This document shows positions 8,735-18,378 of a DNA stretch of 64,000 nucleotides, piece after piece. The stretch is from contig JANQNK010000020.1 in assembly GCA_028279595.1 (NCBI GenBank), positions 341,711 to 405,710 of the forward strand. The letters are read 5' to 3'. Numbering within the stretch: position 1 is the stretch's first letter; every line of letters starts with the position of its first letter. Both the position numbers and the translations under genes were made by a program. The notes under the pieces are model-generated. The model saw only the letters and a program-made list of their open reading frames with translations, was not told the DNA's origin and did not search any database. The stretch is from Thermoplasmatota archaeon (GTDB lineage: Archaea > Thermoplasmatota > JAKEGO01).

Positions 8735-10473
8735 TCCATCACCTCCAGGTTCGCCATCTCGTTCTCGAGCCTCTGCTCGATCTTCACGAACTCGGCCTCG
8801 TACTGGTCCAGCGGGATCCTGCCCATCCTGGCCAGGTCCTCACGACCCTTGACCGCCTTGATGGTCGTGATCTCGACGTTCCTGTCGAGGGCCTCCATCG
8901 CGAGGTCGTGGTACTTCATCATGATCCGGAGCATCTCGAACTGCTTCCTGTCGGAGCAGTAGGTGTCCACCGGATCGTAGGCGTGCTGCCTCAGGAAGTC
9001 CTCCCTGATGACCCTCGCGGCCTCAAGTACGACCTGGTCTGACGGCGGAAGCGCGTCCGGTCCAACGAGCTGGATGATGTCCTTGAGTTCGGCCTCCTTC
9101 TGGAGGAGCTGCATGGCCTTCTCCCTTGTGGAGTACCAGGCCGGGTCGACGTTGTCTGCCCACCAGCCCCTGACCTTCTGGAGATACAATGAATAGGATC
9201 GCAGCCAGTTGATGGACGGGAAGTGACGCCTGTCCGCGAGGTCGGCGTCGAGCGCCCAGAACACCTTGGCTATCCTGAGAGTGTTCTGCGTAACAGGCTC
9301 GGAGAAGTCTCCGCCTGGCGGCGACACCGCCCCGATGATCGAGATGGAACCCGACCGTCCCTGCACGACCTCGACCTGACCGGCCCGCTCGTAGAACTCC
9401 GCAAGCCTGGTCGCCAGGTAGGCTGGGTAACCCTCCTCGCCGGGCATCTCCTCGAGACGGCCCGAGATCTCCCTCAGGGCCTCGGCCCATCGGGACGTCG
9501 AGTCAGCCATCAGGGCGACGTTGTAGCCCATGTCGCGGAAGTACTCGGCTATCGTGATACCAGTGTAGATGGAAGCCTCGCGTGCAGCCACTGGCATGTT
9601 CGATGTATTGGCGATGAGTATCGTCCTTGCCATGAGCTTCTCGCCGGTCCTCGGGTCCTCGAGTTCCGGGAACTCGTCGAGCACCTCTGTCATCTCGTTC
9701 CCGCGCTCGCCGCATCCGACGTAGACCACTATCTCGGCGTCGCTCCACTTCGCCAGCTGATGCTGGCTGACGGTCTTGCCCGTTCCGAAACCTCCGGGAA
9801 TGGCAGCGGTCCCGCCCTTCGCAATCGGGAAGAACGTGTCGAACACGCGCTGACCCGTTATCAGCGGTAGGAATGGATCGAACTTCTTGAGATACGGACG
9901 CTCGCGCCTTACGGGCCATCTCTGAGAGAGCTTGATCTCCGTCTTGCCGACCCGCGCAACGACGTCGTCGATGGAATATTCACCGGCTGACGCGATGAAT
10001 CCTACCCTTCCGCTAACGCCGGGAGGGACCATTATCCTGTGCTCGACGACCGGTGATTCCTGGACCTTTCCGAGGATCGCATTGCCTGAGACCTCGTCCC
10101 CGACGGACGCGGACGGCGTGAAGTGCCACATGTGGTCCCTGTTCAGCGGCGAGACGTTCACACCGCGATCGATGTACTCGCCCGTCAGCTCCTTGATGTC
10201 CGCCAGCGGCCGCTGGATACCGTCATAGATCGTACCGATCAGGCCGGGTCCGAGCTCGACGGAGAGCTGTTCCCCGGTTGTCTCCACCACGTCGCCAGGA
10301 CCTATGCCGCTCGTGTCCTCGTAGACCTGTATGGTCGCGATGTCGCGCTCCAGACCTATGATCTCGCCGATGAGTCCCTGCTCACCGACCGCCACGACGT
10401 CGTACATCCTGGAGCCTGTCATTCCCTCGGCCTTCACCACGGGACCCGCGATGAACACTATCCTTCCTGCCAT
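8731..10473 (-). CDS. atpA: A/V-type ATP synthase subunit A
   Basis: Walker [40 protein letters not shown]; no intein. Confidence 0.98.
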   Translation of the reverse strand: MAGRIVFIAGPVVKAEGMTGSRMYDVVAVGEQGLIGEIIGLERDIATIQVYEDTSGIGPGDVVETTGEQLSVELGPGLIGTIYDGIQRPLADIKELTGEYIDRGVNVSPLNRDHMWHFTPSASVGDEVSGNAILGKVQESPVVEHRIMVPPGVSGRVGFIASAGEYSIDDVVARVGKTEIKLSQRWPVRRERPYLKKFDPFLPLITGQRVFDTFFPIAKGGTAAIPGGFGTGKTVSQHQLAKWSDAEIVVYVGCGERGNEMTEVLDEFPELEDPRTGEKLMARTILIANTSNMPVAAREASIYTGITIAEYFRDMGYNVALMADSTSRWAEALREISGRLEEMPGEEGYPAYLATRLAEFYERAGQVEVVQGRSGSISIIGAVSPPGGDFSEPVTQNTLRIAKVFWALDADLADRRHFPSINWLRSYSLYLQKVRGWWADNVDPAWYSTREKAMQLLQKEAELKDIIQLVGPDALPPSDQVVLEAARVIREDFLRQHAYDPVDTYCSDRKQFEMLRIMMKYHDLAMEALDRNVEITTIKAVKGREDLARMGRIPLDQYEAEFVKIEQRLENEMANLEVME

Positions 10474-10477
10474 GTCA

Positions 10478-10804
10478 TCACCTTGTCACATCGATGCCCA
10501 CCGCCCGGCGGATGACCTTGGCCATCCTGTCCTCCTCCTCGCCGCCCTCGTCGGGCAGCTCCAGGAGGAGCGGTAGCATCCTCTTTTGATCGTGAAATCT
10601 GTCTATGTCCTTCCTTATCGCACCGGCGGCCGACTCGGAGATCACTATCATCCCGACCTCGGCGTTGCCGATGAGCTCCTTGAACCTCGTCCGTGCCAGA
10701 TCGCCGTCGACGTTCGCTCCGTCCTGGACCTCGGTCACGTCTGCCACTCCGCCCAGCCTGAACGCCGTCGCCATGGTCCTGCTCCCTATCACGGCTATCC
10801 TCAT
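10478..10804 (-). CDS. atpF: A/V-type ATP synthase subunit F
   Basis: Start at ATG 10804 (MRIAVIGS...F-x-LGGV), ATGA overlap with the atpC stop; ends IRRAVGIDV. Confidence 0.93.
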   Translation of the reverse strand: MRIAVIGSRTMATAFRLGGVADVTEVQDGANVDGDLARTRFKELIGNAEVGMIVISESAAGAIRKDIDRFHDQKRMLPLLLELPDEGGEEEDRMAKVIRRAVGIDVTR

Positions 10805-11832
10805 GCGGCCTCCTCCGTGATGGTAGCGCGTTCGACGGCCGTCCATTCCATTCCCGCTGCCGCACCCATGAGCACCGCCCTGACATTGGCGGTCTCGAAC
10901 TCCCGGAAGAGCAGGAACCTGGTCAGCGGACCGATGGACATGAACCGTCGGGTGTAGACCCTCTCGGCCATGTCGAAGGTGGTCCGATGCAATGCCCGCT
11001 CGATCTCCACGGGGTCCTTCAGCTCGGATATCCCGTCGAGGTCGGTTCCAGCAAGCGAGCCGACGCCCTTCGATGGGTCCGACGCGATCTCGGTCAGCAT
11101 CCACGGAGCCACCGTGTCCCCCTCGGGGATATCTAGTTCAGCTAGCTTGTCTCCAGTACCATGGAGATGCATCCTTATCGCGAGGAGGACCAGTTCGGAA
11201 TCGATCCTTGCAGTAAGGATATCGCGCAGCGGGCGTCCGGATATGCCACGCAGCCTTCCCGACGCTCGGGCCATGGCCCTGAGGTACGCGGCGTCGAGGT
11301 CAGCGTCCCTGGGTTCGTCGACGACCTCGCCGATCTCCGCCAGATACATCGACATCAGTTCGCCGGCGGTCTCGCTCCTGGACATCTTGCCTGCAAGCGT
11401 GCTGTCGATCCTGCCAACCGGGTCGATGGTCACCTCGTTGCCGTCCTCGAGGGTCGCACATGCGTCCCTGACCTCGTCGATCTCGTGGGACATCATCATG
11501 ACCTGGTAGAACGGCCGTACGCGCTTGGGAACGACCTCGAGGGCCTCTCCGAGCAGTTCGCGGTTCGCCTGCTTCATCCGGGAGTCCGCTTCGTCGATCC
11601 CGGCGGCGTCCTCTATCGGGAAGTACCTGGTGGCGAGCCTCTTTGCAGCCTCCCTACGGTCGCCTGTCGCAAGCGCGTCGGCGAGCCTCGTGGAGGACAT
11701 GTTCGGGTTCCCTATGACATTGAACCTGGTGTTCAGATAGATCAGCTTGATCGAGAAGTACCTGACGAGCAGCACTATCATGACGGCGGATGGTATGCCG
11801 ATGACGGCCGCGATCGTCAGGATATCAGTCAT
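10801..11832 (-). CDS. atpC: A/V-type ATP synthase subunit C (d), with N-terminal hydrophobic helix
   Basis: Position between E and F; YLNTR motif near the N-terminus and E-x-x-N-V-R near the C-terminus. Confidence 0.85.
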   Translation of the reverse strand: MTDILTIAAVIGIPSAVMIVLLVRYFSIKLIYLNTRFNVIGNPNMSSTRLADALATGDRREAAKRLATRYFPIEDAAGIDEADSRMKQANRELLGEALEVVPKRVRPFYQVMMMSHEIDEVRDACATLEDGNEVTIDPVGRIDSTLAGKMSRSETAGELMSMYLAEIGEVVDEPRDADLDAAYLRAMARASGRLRGISGRPLRDILTARIDSELVLLAIRMHLHGTGDKLAELDIPEGDTVAPWMLTEIASDPSKGVGSLAGTDLDGISELKDPVEIERALHRTTFDMAERVYTRRFMSIGPLTRFLLFREFETANVRAVLMGAAAGMEWTAVERATITEEAA

Positions 11833-12388
11833 CGCCGCCCTCCGAGACCTGGGCCTGGATGATCTCGCGGATGCGCGGTCTCATCTCTTCGACGATCGTG
11901 TCGAAACGCAGGTCGAGGACCTTTCCGTCGCCGGTGCTGAGGAGGATCCCACCGGCCCCTTCCACCGTCCCCGTGACATGCTTTCCGAAGGATTCGAGGA
12001 GCTCGAAGTCCGCCGAACGGCAGACCGAGACCTCGTAATCGCCCAAGAGTTCGTCGCCCACGGCGAGACATCTCTCGATGTAGGCGCGATACTTCTCTTC
12101 GTGGAGGTCAGATAACCTCTCGAGGGACCTCTCAACCGTCAGCGAGAGGACCTCGTCGAATGCCCTGCTGACCGTCCTCGACGCCTCGGCCCGGGCCTGG
12201 ACGACGACGCCGCGGGCCCTCCGCTCGGCCTCGACGACGCTGTCCTCGAAGGCCTCGGCCTCGGTACGCGCCCTCTCGAGTATCTCTTCCCTCACGGAGT
12301 CGGCCGCTGTCCTCGCCTCGTTGAGGATACCATCGGCCTCCTCCCTTGCCTGCGCCTCCAGGTGCCGCTTCAGCTCATCGAGCCCCAT
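11825..12388 (-). CDS. atpE: A/V-type ATP synthase subunit E
   Basis: MGLDEL N-terminal coiled coil; GGILL...D-x-x-F-D C-terminal motif; operon position. Confidence 0.9.
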   Translation of the reverse strand: MGLDELKRHLEAQAREEADGILNEARTAADSVREEILERARTEAEAFEDSVVEAERRARGVVVQARAEASRTVSRAFDEVLSLTVERSLERLSDLHEEKYRAYIERCLAVGDELLGDYEVSVCRSADFELLESFGKHVTGTVEGAGGILLSTGDGKVLDLRFDTIVEEMRPRIREIIQAQVSEGGDD

Positions 12389-12399
12389 CTACGGCACCC

Positions 12400-13206
12400 T
12401 CAGAACAGGCCTAGACCTATGATCGCTAGCAATCCGAGCACGAAGCCGAACATCGCGACGGCCTCTGGCATCGCGGAGATGATCAGCCCGCCGGAGAAGG
12501 CCTTCTCCCTCTTGCCGATGGCGCTGAGGGAGGCGCCCGCGGATATGCCCTGCGGGATGGCGGACACGCCGGTGATCCCGACGATCAGCGCGATGCCGAA
12601 CAGCGCTACCCACGAACCCGAGTTCATGGCAACGTCCGGAGGCACGCCGGCCCCGCCGATGAGCCCGACGCCCATCAGTATGAAGAAGGCGATCGCGAAC
12701 GCGTAGATGACCTGCGTGAACGGCAGTGCGGAGAGCATGAGGATCCGGCCGAGGCCGACCTCCTTCTCTGCTGACAGCGCCATCGCGGAGGTTCCTGCGA
12801 TGGCGAGCCCCATCGCGGACGCGATGCCGGCGATCGCCATCATCAATCCGATCGCGATGAGCGACATGTTCTGCAGTTCCGTCGGTCCTGCCACCTGCAC
12901 CTCGACGACGCTCGCGTACTCGCCGGTCGCGTTTGATATCACGAGCGACACCAGGTAGGTCCCGCCCGAGGTGTACCTGTGCGTCACGGTCTCCCCAGAC
13001 GCGGTGTCACCATCCCCGAAATCCCACATGTAGGTGGCGTTCAAACCTCCGTCTGGAGCCATGAACACGACGTTCTTCTCGACATCCACTTCGATGCTGT
13101 CGACGTCCTCGGTCACTGTATCGCCGACCATTATGTCGACGGCCGCCGCAAGGGGCAGCATCATGACGAGCAACAGCGCCAGCACAAGGCATCTCAAACC
13201 CTTCAT
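12400..13206 (-). CDS. atpK: A/V-type ATP synthase c/K proteolipid (4-TM, duplicated hairpin) fused to an N-terminal signal peptide and PKD domain
   Basis: aa1-22 signal-like (ends LAAA); aa~35-106 PKD (YMWDFGDG...VTHRYTSGGTYLVSL); aa~114-268 four Gly/Ala-rich helices with LPFTQVIY, IPQG and MPEA. Confidence 0.92.
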   Translation of the reverse strand: MKGLRCLVLALLLVMMLPLAAAVDIMVGDTVTEDVDSIEVDVEKNVVFMAPDGGLNATYMWDFGDGDTASGETVTHRYTSGGTYLVSLVISNATGEYASVVEVQVAGPTELQNMSLIAIGLMMAIAGIASAMGLAIAGTSAMALSAEKEVGLGRILMLSALPFTQVIYAFAIAFFILMGVGLIGGAGVPPDVAMNSGSWVALFGIALIVGITGVSAIPQGISAGASLSAIGKREKAFSGGLIISAMPEAVAMFGFVLGLLAIIGLGLF

Positions 13207-15095
13207 TTGTTTCCCTCCTCGAATTCAACCTTGGTGTAAAGTCTCTGAGCGTGAAACGGTTCGAACTGGCGTCCCTCGCCCTCGTAGAACCGCTTGTAGA
13301 ACTCCACGAACTGGAGCCTCAGTGAATGGACACCCGCTCCCAGCGCCTGCAGGGCCAGGTTCCCCAGGTGTCCGCCTATCAAAAGGATCGTGATGACTAT
13401 CGCCGAGAGACCGATGGGAAGCATTCCCCCCATGGTCAGGGCGAAGGAGTTCAGCGCCATGGCGAGGAGCATGGTCGCCAGGCCGAGGGCCATTATCCTG
13501 ATGAACGACAGCGCGTCTCCGAGCATTCCTGTCACCTCGAACAGGAAGAAGAATGCGACGTCCACCAGTATGAGACATATCATCGCCAGTGTCATGAACA
13601 GGGCCGCCGTCTCGACAGCGGGCGGATACGACGCCTCGAACAGGAAGATGGTGATGAGCAGTATCCCCGCGGGGAGCAGCACTATCCACGAGACCCGCTT
13701 CAGCACGAAGTCCTTCCTCTTCCCGCTCCTTAGGTCGTTGATCCCGCCGAGGATGACGCTCACGTAGAGCATGATCGCCCCGATGAGTATGGACAGGACG
13801 ATGAGTCCGGTGACGTTCTCGATGAGGTCTATCGGAAGGACGATCCCGCCTATCTCCAGGTGGTAGAGCTGGTCCCGTCCGAAGACGGCGCTGTGCAGGT
13901 CTCCGAAGAAGGACCCAGTCAGGAAACCGACGATGGCCGTGGATGCCCCGAGCTCTATCCCTAGGATCGATGCGCCCTTCATCGCCGGACTGGACCTTCC
14001 GATGACCCTGTATCCGTAGATGGAGAGCCCGAGGATTATCAGGCCATAGCCCAGGTCGCCCAGCATTATCCCGAATATCAGTATGAACGTCATCGCCGTG
14101 AGGACCGTCGGGTCCACCTCGTTCCTCGACGGTGTGCCGTAGAGGCTCACGATACCCTCGAACGGTCGCGCCCATCCGGGGTTCCGTATGTAGGTGGGGG
14201 CGTCCTCCCTCTCGCTGAGGTCGACGTGAGCCAGACCCTTGCTCGCCCGCCTGACGGACCGCTCGAGGCGGTCTGCGTCCCGGGCAGCGGCCCATCCGGT
14301 TATCTCGTAAGTGTATCTCCCCTCTGACAGGGTGCCCACGGCGGCGACCTGTTTGGCGGCCATGGCGAGCTGTTCCCTGAGAGCGAGGAAGCGGCCGTGG
14401 TCCGGCTGTAGAGCCGAAAGCTCCTCCTTCAGCCTTCCGATCTCCTCCTTGGCGGACTCGATCTCCTTGGCGAGCTCCATCGCACGGTCGGAAGGAAGTG
14501 CCGGAGCGGTAGGAAACTCGAGCCGGTCGAATCCGGCCAGCGCCTTCCTGTCCCTGACAGCTATCAGCGAGACCGCGCCGTCGTCCGAGGTCCATACCGC
14601 CTCCTCAGGAACGGTCTCCCCTGGTCTTATGAATGCTAGTGAGTAGCCTCTCCTCTCACCGACCTCGGACAGCCGGACCGGCGCTCCGAGCACCGGCTTG
14701 ATGGCATCGAGCTCCTCGTCAAGCTCGCGTCGCTTCGACCTCAGCTCCTTCAGGCGCGAGTGGGCCGCAATGGCCCAGTCGAGGTCGTCGGCGACCCGGG
14801 CCCCCTGCTCGAGGACCCTGTCGGGGGTTGTGAACGGCGATCCCTTGGGTACGATGGGCTCGGGAAGCAGGATGGACCTCATGGCCTCCTTCCTGTCCGC
14901 CGGCCTGGGTCTCGATGCGTTGACGAGCGTCGCGATCCGCTTCCTGGTCTTTACAAGCTGGGAGTGGAGTTCCGGCGCCTCTCCCTCGGCAACCTCGATC
15001 TCCATGATGCCCTTCTCGTGCAGGTGCGACAGCACTGGCTGTACCTTCGAACGTGGAACGGCTATCCTGACGTAGAGCATCCTCTCCGGTATCAT
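13203..15095 (-). CDS. atpI: A/V-type ATP synthase subunit I (a)
   Basis: YGTP...EVDPT, FGIMLGDLGYG, LSFIRIMAL (essential Arg), HSLRLQFVEF. Confidence 0.96.
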   Translation of the reverse strand: MIPERMLYVRIAVPRSKVQPVLSHLHEKGIMEIEVAEGEAPELHSQLVKTRKRIATLVNASRPRPADRKEAMRSILLPEPIVPKGSPFTTPDRVLEQGARVADDLDWAIAAHSRLKELRSKRRELDEELDAIKPVLGAPVRLSEVGERRGYSLAFIRPGETVPEEAVWTSDDGAVSLIAVRDRKALAGFDRLEFPTAPALPSDRAMELAKEIESAKEEIGRLKEELSALQPDHGRFLALREQLAMAAKQVAAVGTLSEGRYTYEITGWAAARDADRLERSVRRASKGLAHVDLSEREDAPTYIRNPGWARPFEGIVSLYGTPSRNEVDPTVLTAMTFILIFGIMLGDLGYGLIILGLSIYGYRVIGRSSPAMKGASILGIELGASTAIVGFLTGSFFGDLHSAVFGRDQLYHLEIGGIVLPIDLIENVTGLIVLSILIGAIMLYVSVILGGINDLRSGKRKDFVLKRVSWIVLLPAGILLITIFLFEASYPPAVETAALFMTLAMICLILVDVAFFFLFEVTGMLGDALSFIRIMALGLATMLLAMALNSFALTMGGMLPIGLSAIVITILLIGGHLGNLALQALGAGVHSLRLQFVEFYKRFYEGEGRQFEPFHAQRLYTKVEFEEGNK

Positions 15096-15409
15096 ATCGA
15101 TCCCAGCACCTCGTCGACCACGATGTCGGACATGGTGTCAACGGCCCTGGAACCCGCGCGGACCACGGAGGATGCGGTCGACTCCCCCTTCTCGCGAACG
15201 GACCTGGCATCCTCGGAGCCGTTGTGCTCGGCCTCTGCCGACCTCTTCCTGGACGATTCGCGTGCCTGCGAGACGATCCCGTCCGCCTCCTTCTCCGCCA
15301 CGGAGCGGGCCTCCTCGATCAGGCTTCCGGCCCTCGATCGGGCCTCCTCGATCGTGCCAAGGGCGTCCTTCTCGATCATATCGACGAGCGATCCCTGTTC
15401 CTTGACCAT
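15092..15409 (-). CDS. atpH: A/V-type ATP synthase subunit H/G (peripheral stalk)
   Basis: Short charged coiled coil (IEEARS repeats), first gene of the operon; ATG 15409 lies about 21 nt after TATA-like TTTATTAA. Confidence 0.8.
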   Translation of the reverse strand: MVKEQGSLVDMIEKDALGTIEEARSRAGSLIEEARSVAEKEADGIVSQARESSRKRSAEAEHNGSEDARSVREKGESTASSVVRAGSRAVDTMSDIVVDEVLGSI

Positions 15410-15700
15410 CGAGTCCGGTAACACTATTCATTAATAAAGGATTAACCTATGGAATGGGTCCACTGAAGGTGTCCGTCAGGCACCGTCTTGATGTACCCCG
15501 AACCCACTGATCCTCACTTTCCGGGCAAGAGTTACGGACTCGATGTTCGAATGTCGATTTTCAGGCCTTTTTCGGAGGAAATCGGGCATCTGCCGGGCGA
15601 AAGGTTAAAAAACACGCTTACCATCCCTTTGATAAGGATAGCGCATCGACCAGGCGGGACTATCACTGTCCACATCAAAAATACCGGAGAGAGGGGGAAC

Positions 15701-17689
15701 ATGGCATCCAAGTCCGAGGCTAAGGAGCTTCTGAAAAAGGCCGTTGAGCACGCGAAAGCTGAGGAGTACGACGAGGCGATGGAGTTCGTGGACGAGTCGC
15801 TCGGGGTAATAGAGACCCCGGAGGGATACACGAACAAGGGCCACATCTACCGGAAACTCAAGGATTGGAAGAATGCGGCCGAGAACTATTCCAAGGCGAT
15901 CTCGCTCGACGCAGACCACGAGAAGGCGATCTCTGGCCTCGAGGCGATGAAGAAGAAGCTTCCCGAGGAGGACTGGCCCTCCGAAGGAGGCGAGGAGCCA
16001 GCGCCGGTGAAGAAGAAGGAGAAGCCGGCCAAGAAGAAGAAGGCCCCCAAACCCGAGCCAGAACCTGAACCCGAGCCAGCTCCCGCTCCCGTCAAGAAGA
16101 AGAAGAAAAAGGCGCCGAAACCGGTCGAGAAGGAGCCGGAACCGGAGCCCGAACCCGAGGAGGAACCTGAGGAGCCAGCGCCCGAGCCAAAGAAGGCAAA
16201 GGTGAAGAAGGCACCGAAGGAGCCGGAACCCGAACCCGAACCAGTACCCGCTCCGGTGAAGAAGAAAAAGAAGAAGAAGGCCCCGAAGCCCGCACCGGAG
16301 CCCGAGAAGCCTAAGAAGAAGATGGCGAAGGGCAAGCCGGTCAAGAAGGGCAAGGTCAGGAGGCCCAAGGCGGATGTGGCCGCGGTCGAGGTGGTCGAGG
16401 TCGTCGAGGAGCCGCCCGAACCCAAGGCCGAGGAGGCCGAGGACGCCCTTCAGGACATCAAGGACGTTGTAAAGGACGATCATCTGAAGGCCATCATGAA
16501 ACTGTCCCCGGACATCCTGATGGACTTCGATCCGGACATTCACAGGAAGCTCGAGATATTCCACCACATCGAGGCCATGCTCGACAACTTCGAGGAGGCC
16601 GAGGACGCTGTGAAGAAGGAGCTCGCCGCCCGGGAGGAGAACATTCTCCGGAAGGAGCGGGAGCAGGAACTCCTGGACAAGGAGCTCGAGCTCAAGAAGA
16701 AGCAGGTAACCCAGCGCGTAGAGGAGTCCGACAGGCGCTTCATGGAGGCTGAGAAGCACCTGAAGGGCATCGAGGACAAGGGCAAGTCGGTGAAGGACAT
16801 GGAGTCCGCCATCACCGATAAGTCGAAGGCGCTGGAGGACAAGCTCGAGGAACTCAAGGTGACCACTGCGGCAGTGCGGAAGCGCCAGGCAGCCCTGGAG
16901 AAGAGGGAGGCCGAGATGAAGAAGATGGAGAAGAAGCTTCGCAAGGAGTTCGAATCCGCCTCCGCAGACGTAAAGGACAAGGAGAAGGAGCTCGACACAC
17001 TTCTTTCCGCAAGGCAGATCGCCGAGCAGGAGATAGACAAGGAGAAGTCGGAGATCGAGGCCAAGTTCAAGAAGCAGATCGCGAAGCTCCAGGCCGAGCT
17101 CAAGAAGGAGCGCGAGGTCGCCAAGAAGCAGAGCGGCGTCGTCAAGAAGGCCAGGGGCGCCCTCTCGAAATCTAAGGCTGACCGCGAGGAGCTCATGGCC
17201 GCCCTCGGCAAGAGGGAGGCCGAATCGCTGCAGCTCAAGGAGAAGCTGGAGACGCTCCAGGCCTACCTCGTCGAGAACGAGAAGCTCCTGAAAGCCCGCG
17301 TCGGACGCGCGGCGGCCGACAGGGAGAAGGCCCCGGAGAGGGCGAAGGAGCTCGAGGAGGAGGAGACCGAGATCACCGAGCGCGTCAAGGAGCTCGAGAC
17401 GGCAGTCGAGGACACCATCGAGGCGCCCGAGGAGGACGACCTCGATGAGGTCGATCTCGGGGACCTCGACGAGATGGACATCGACGTCGACGACCTAGAT
17501 CTCGAGGCCGAGGCCGACGATCTCGCGGCGCAGTACGACGCCGAGGAGGCCGAGAAGGCCAAGGATGAGAAGAAGGAGGAACCCGCGGAGGACGACCTGG
17601 GAGACGTCGACCTCGGGGACCTCGACCTGGACGACATGGACCTCGACATCGAGGACATGGACGACGATCTGCTGGCAGAGCTCGAGTGA
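15701..17689 (+). CDS. TPR + Pro/Glu/Lys low-complexity linker + long coiled coil + acidic tail protein
   Basis: Start moved to ATG 15701 (SD-like GAGGGGG). TPR-like GYTNKGHIYRKLKDWKNAAENYSKAISLD; PEPEPE/KKKKKK repeats; E/K/L heptads; duplicated D/L-rich tail. Confidence 0.8.
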   Translation: MASKSEAKELLKKAVEHAKAEEYDEAMEFVDESLGVIETPEGYTNKGHIYRKLKDWKNAAENYSKAISLDADHEKAISGLEAMKKKLPEEDWPSEGGEEPAPVKKKEKPAKKKKAPKPEPEPEPEPAPAPVKKKKKKAPKPVEKEPEPEPEPEEEPEEPAPEPKKAKVKKAPKEPEPEPEPVPAPVKKKKKKKAPKPAPEPEKPKKKMAKGKPVKKGKVRRPKADVAAVEVVEVVEEPPEPKAEEAEDALQDIKDVVKDDHLKAIMKLSPDILMDFDPDIHRKLEIFHHIEAMLDNFEEAEDAVKKELAAREENILRKEREQELLDKELELKKKQVTQRVEESDRRFMEAEKHLKGIEDKGKSVKDMESAITDKSKALEDKLEELKVTTAAVRKRQAALEKREAEMKKMEKKLRKEFESASADVKDKEKELDTLLSARQIAEQEIDKEKSEIEAKFKKQIAKLQAELKKEREVAKKQSGVVKKARGALSKSKADREELMAALGKREAESLQLKEKLETLQAYLVENEKLLKARVGRAAADREKAPERAKELEEEETEITERVKELETAVEDTIEAPEEDDLDEVDLGDLDEMDIDVDDLDLEAEADDLAAQYDAEEAEKAKDEKKEEPAEDDLGDVDLGDLDLDDMDLDIEDMDDDLLAELE

Positions 17690-17701
17690 GACGGGAGATC
17701 C

Positions 17702-18373
17702 ATGGAAAACGAGAAGAGGGTCGCAGCGCACTCCGCGTGCGACCGCGTTGCGGACGGGACCGTCATCGGACTCGGAACAGGCAGCACTGTACGATTCTTT
17801 CTGGAGAAGCTTGCTGAGCGGATATCCGAGGAGGAGCTCGAGGTCATAGGCGTCCCGACGTCGCAGGGATCGGAGACCATGGCGGCCGAGCTCGGCATAC
17901 CACTGACCGACCTTTCGGAGCATCCCGTCCTGGACCTCGACATAGACGGCGCCGACGAAATATCCCCGCAACTGGACCTTATCAAGGGCGGGGGCGGAGC
18001 GCTCCTGCGGGAGAAGATCGTCGCCGACGCATCCCTCGAGGTCGTGATAATCGCCGACGGCAGCAAGACCGTCGACCTGCTCGGTGAATTCCCCCTTCCC
18101 GTGGAGGTCCTCCCCTTCGGGATCGAGCGAACGAGAAGCGAGCTCGAGAACCTCGGATGCCCTGCCACGGTCCGGGAGAGGGATGGGACAACATACTTGA
18201 CCGATAACGGTAACAACATAATCGATTGCGCGTTCGGGCGGATCGAGGACCCCCGCGGCCTGGAGGCCAGGTTGCTCGGGATCCCCGGAGTGCTCGAATG
18301 CGGACTCTTCGTCGGGATGGCCGACGTGGCCATCGTCGCCGACGGGGAAGAGGTGAGGGTCCTGGAGGTTTGA
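17702..18373 (+). CDS. rpiA: ribose-5-phosphate isomerase A
   Basis: IGLGTGST, DGADEI, IKGGGGALLREK, PLPVEV, TDNGN. Confidence 0.97.
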   Translation: MENEKRVAAHSACDRVADGTVIGLGTGSTVRFFLEKLAERISEEELEVIGVPTSQGSETMAAELGIPLTDLSEHPVLDLDIDGADEISPQLDLIKGGGGALLREKIVADASLEVVIIADGSKTVDLLGEFPLPVEVLPFGIERTRSELENLGCPATVRERDGTTYLTDNGNNIIDCAFGRIEDPRGLEARLLGIPGVLECGLFVGMADVAIVADGEEVRVLEV

Positions 18374-18378
18374 TCCAC

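Noticed and set aside
11750-11832. N-terminal TM helix on ATPase subunit C as a novelty
   Set aside because: Hydrophobic N-terminal extensions are already known in several euryarchaeal AtpC proteins.
15440-15530. Riboswitch-like stems upstream of the ATPase operon
   Set aside because: They lie upstream of the likely TATA box of a leaderless atpH transcript, and I could not match them to a known aptamer.
16040-16320. Repeat array or CRISPR
   Set aside because: Degenerate coding repeats for PEPEPE/KKKK; no identical repeats with unique spacers anywhere in the window.
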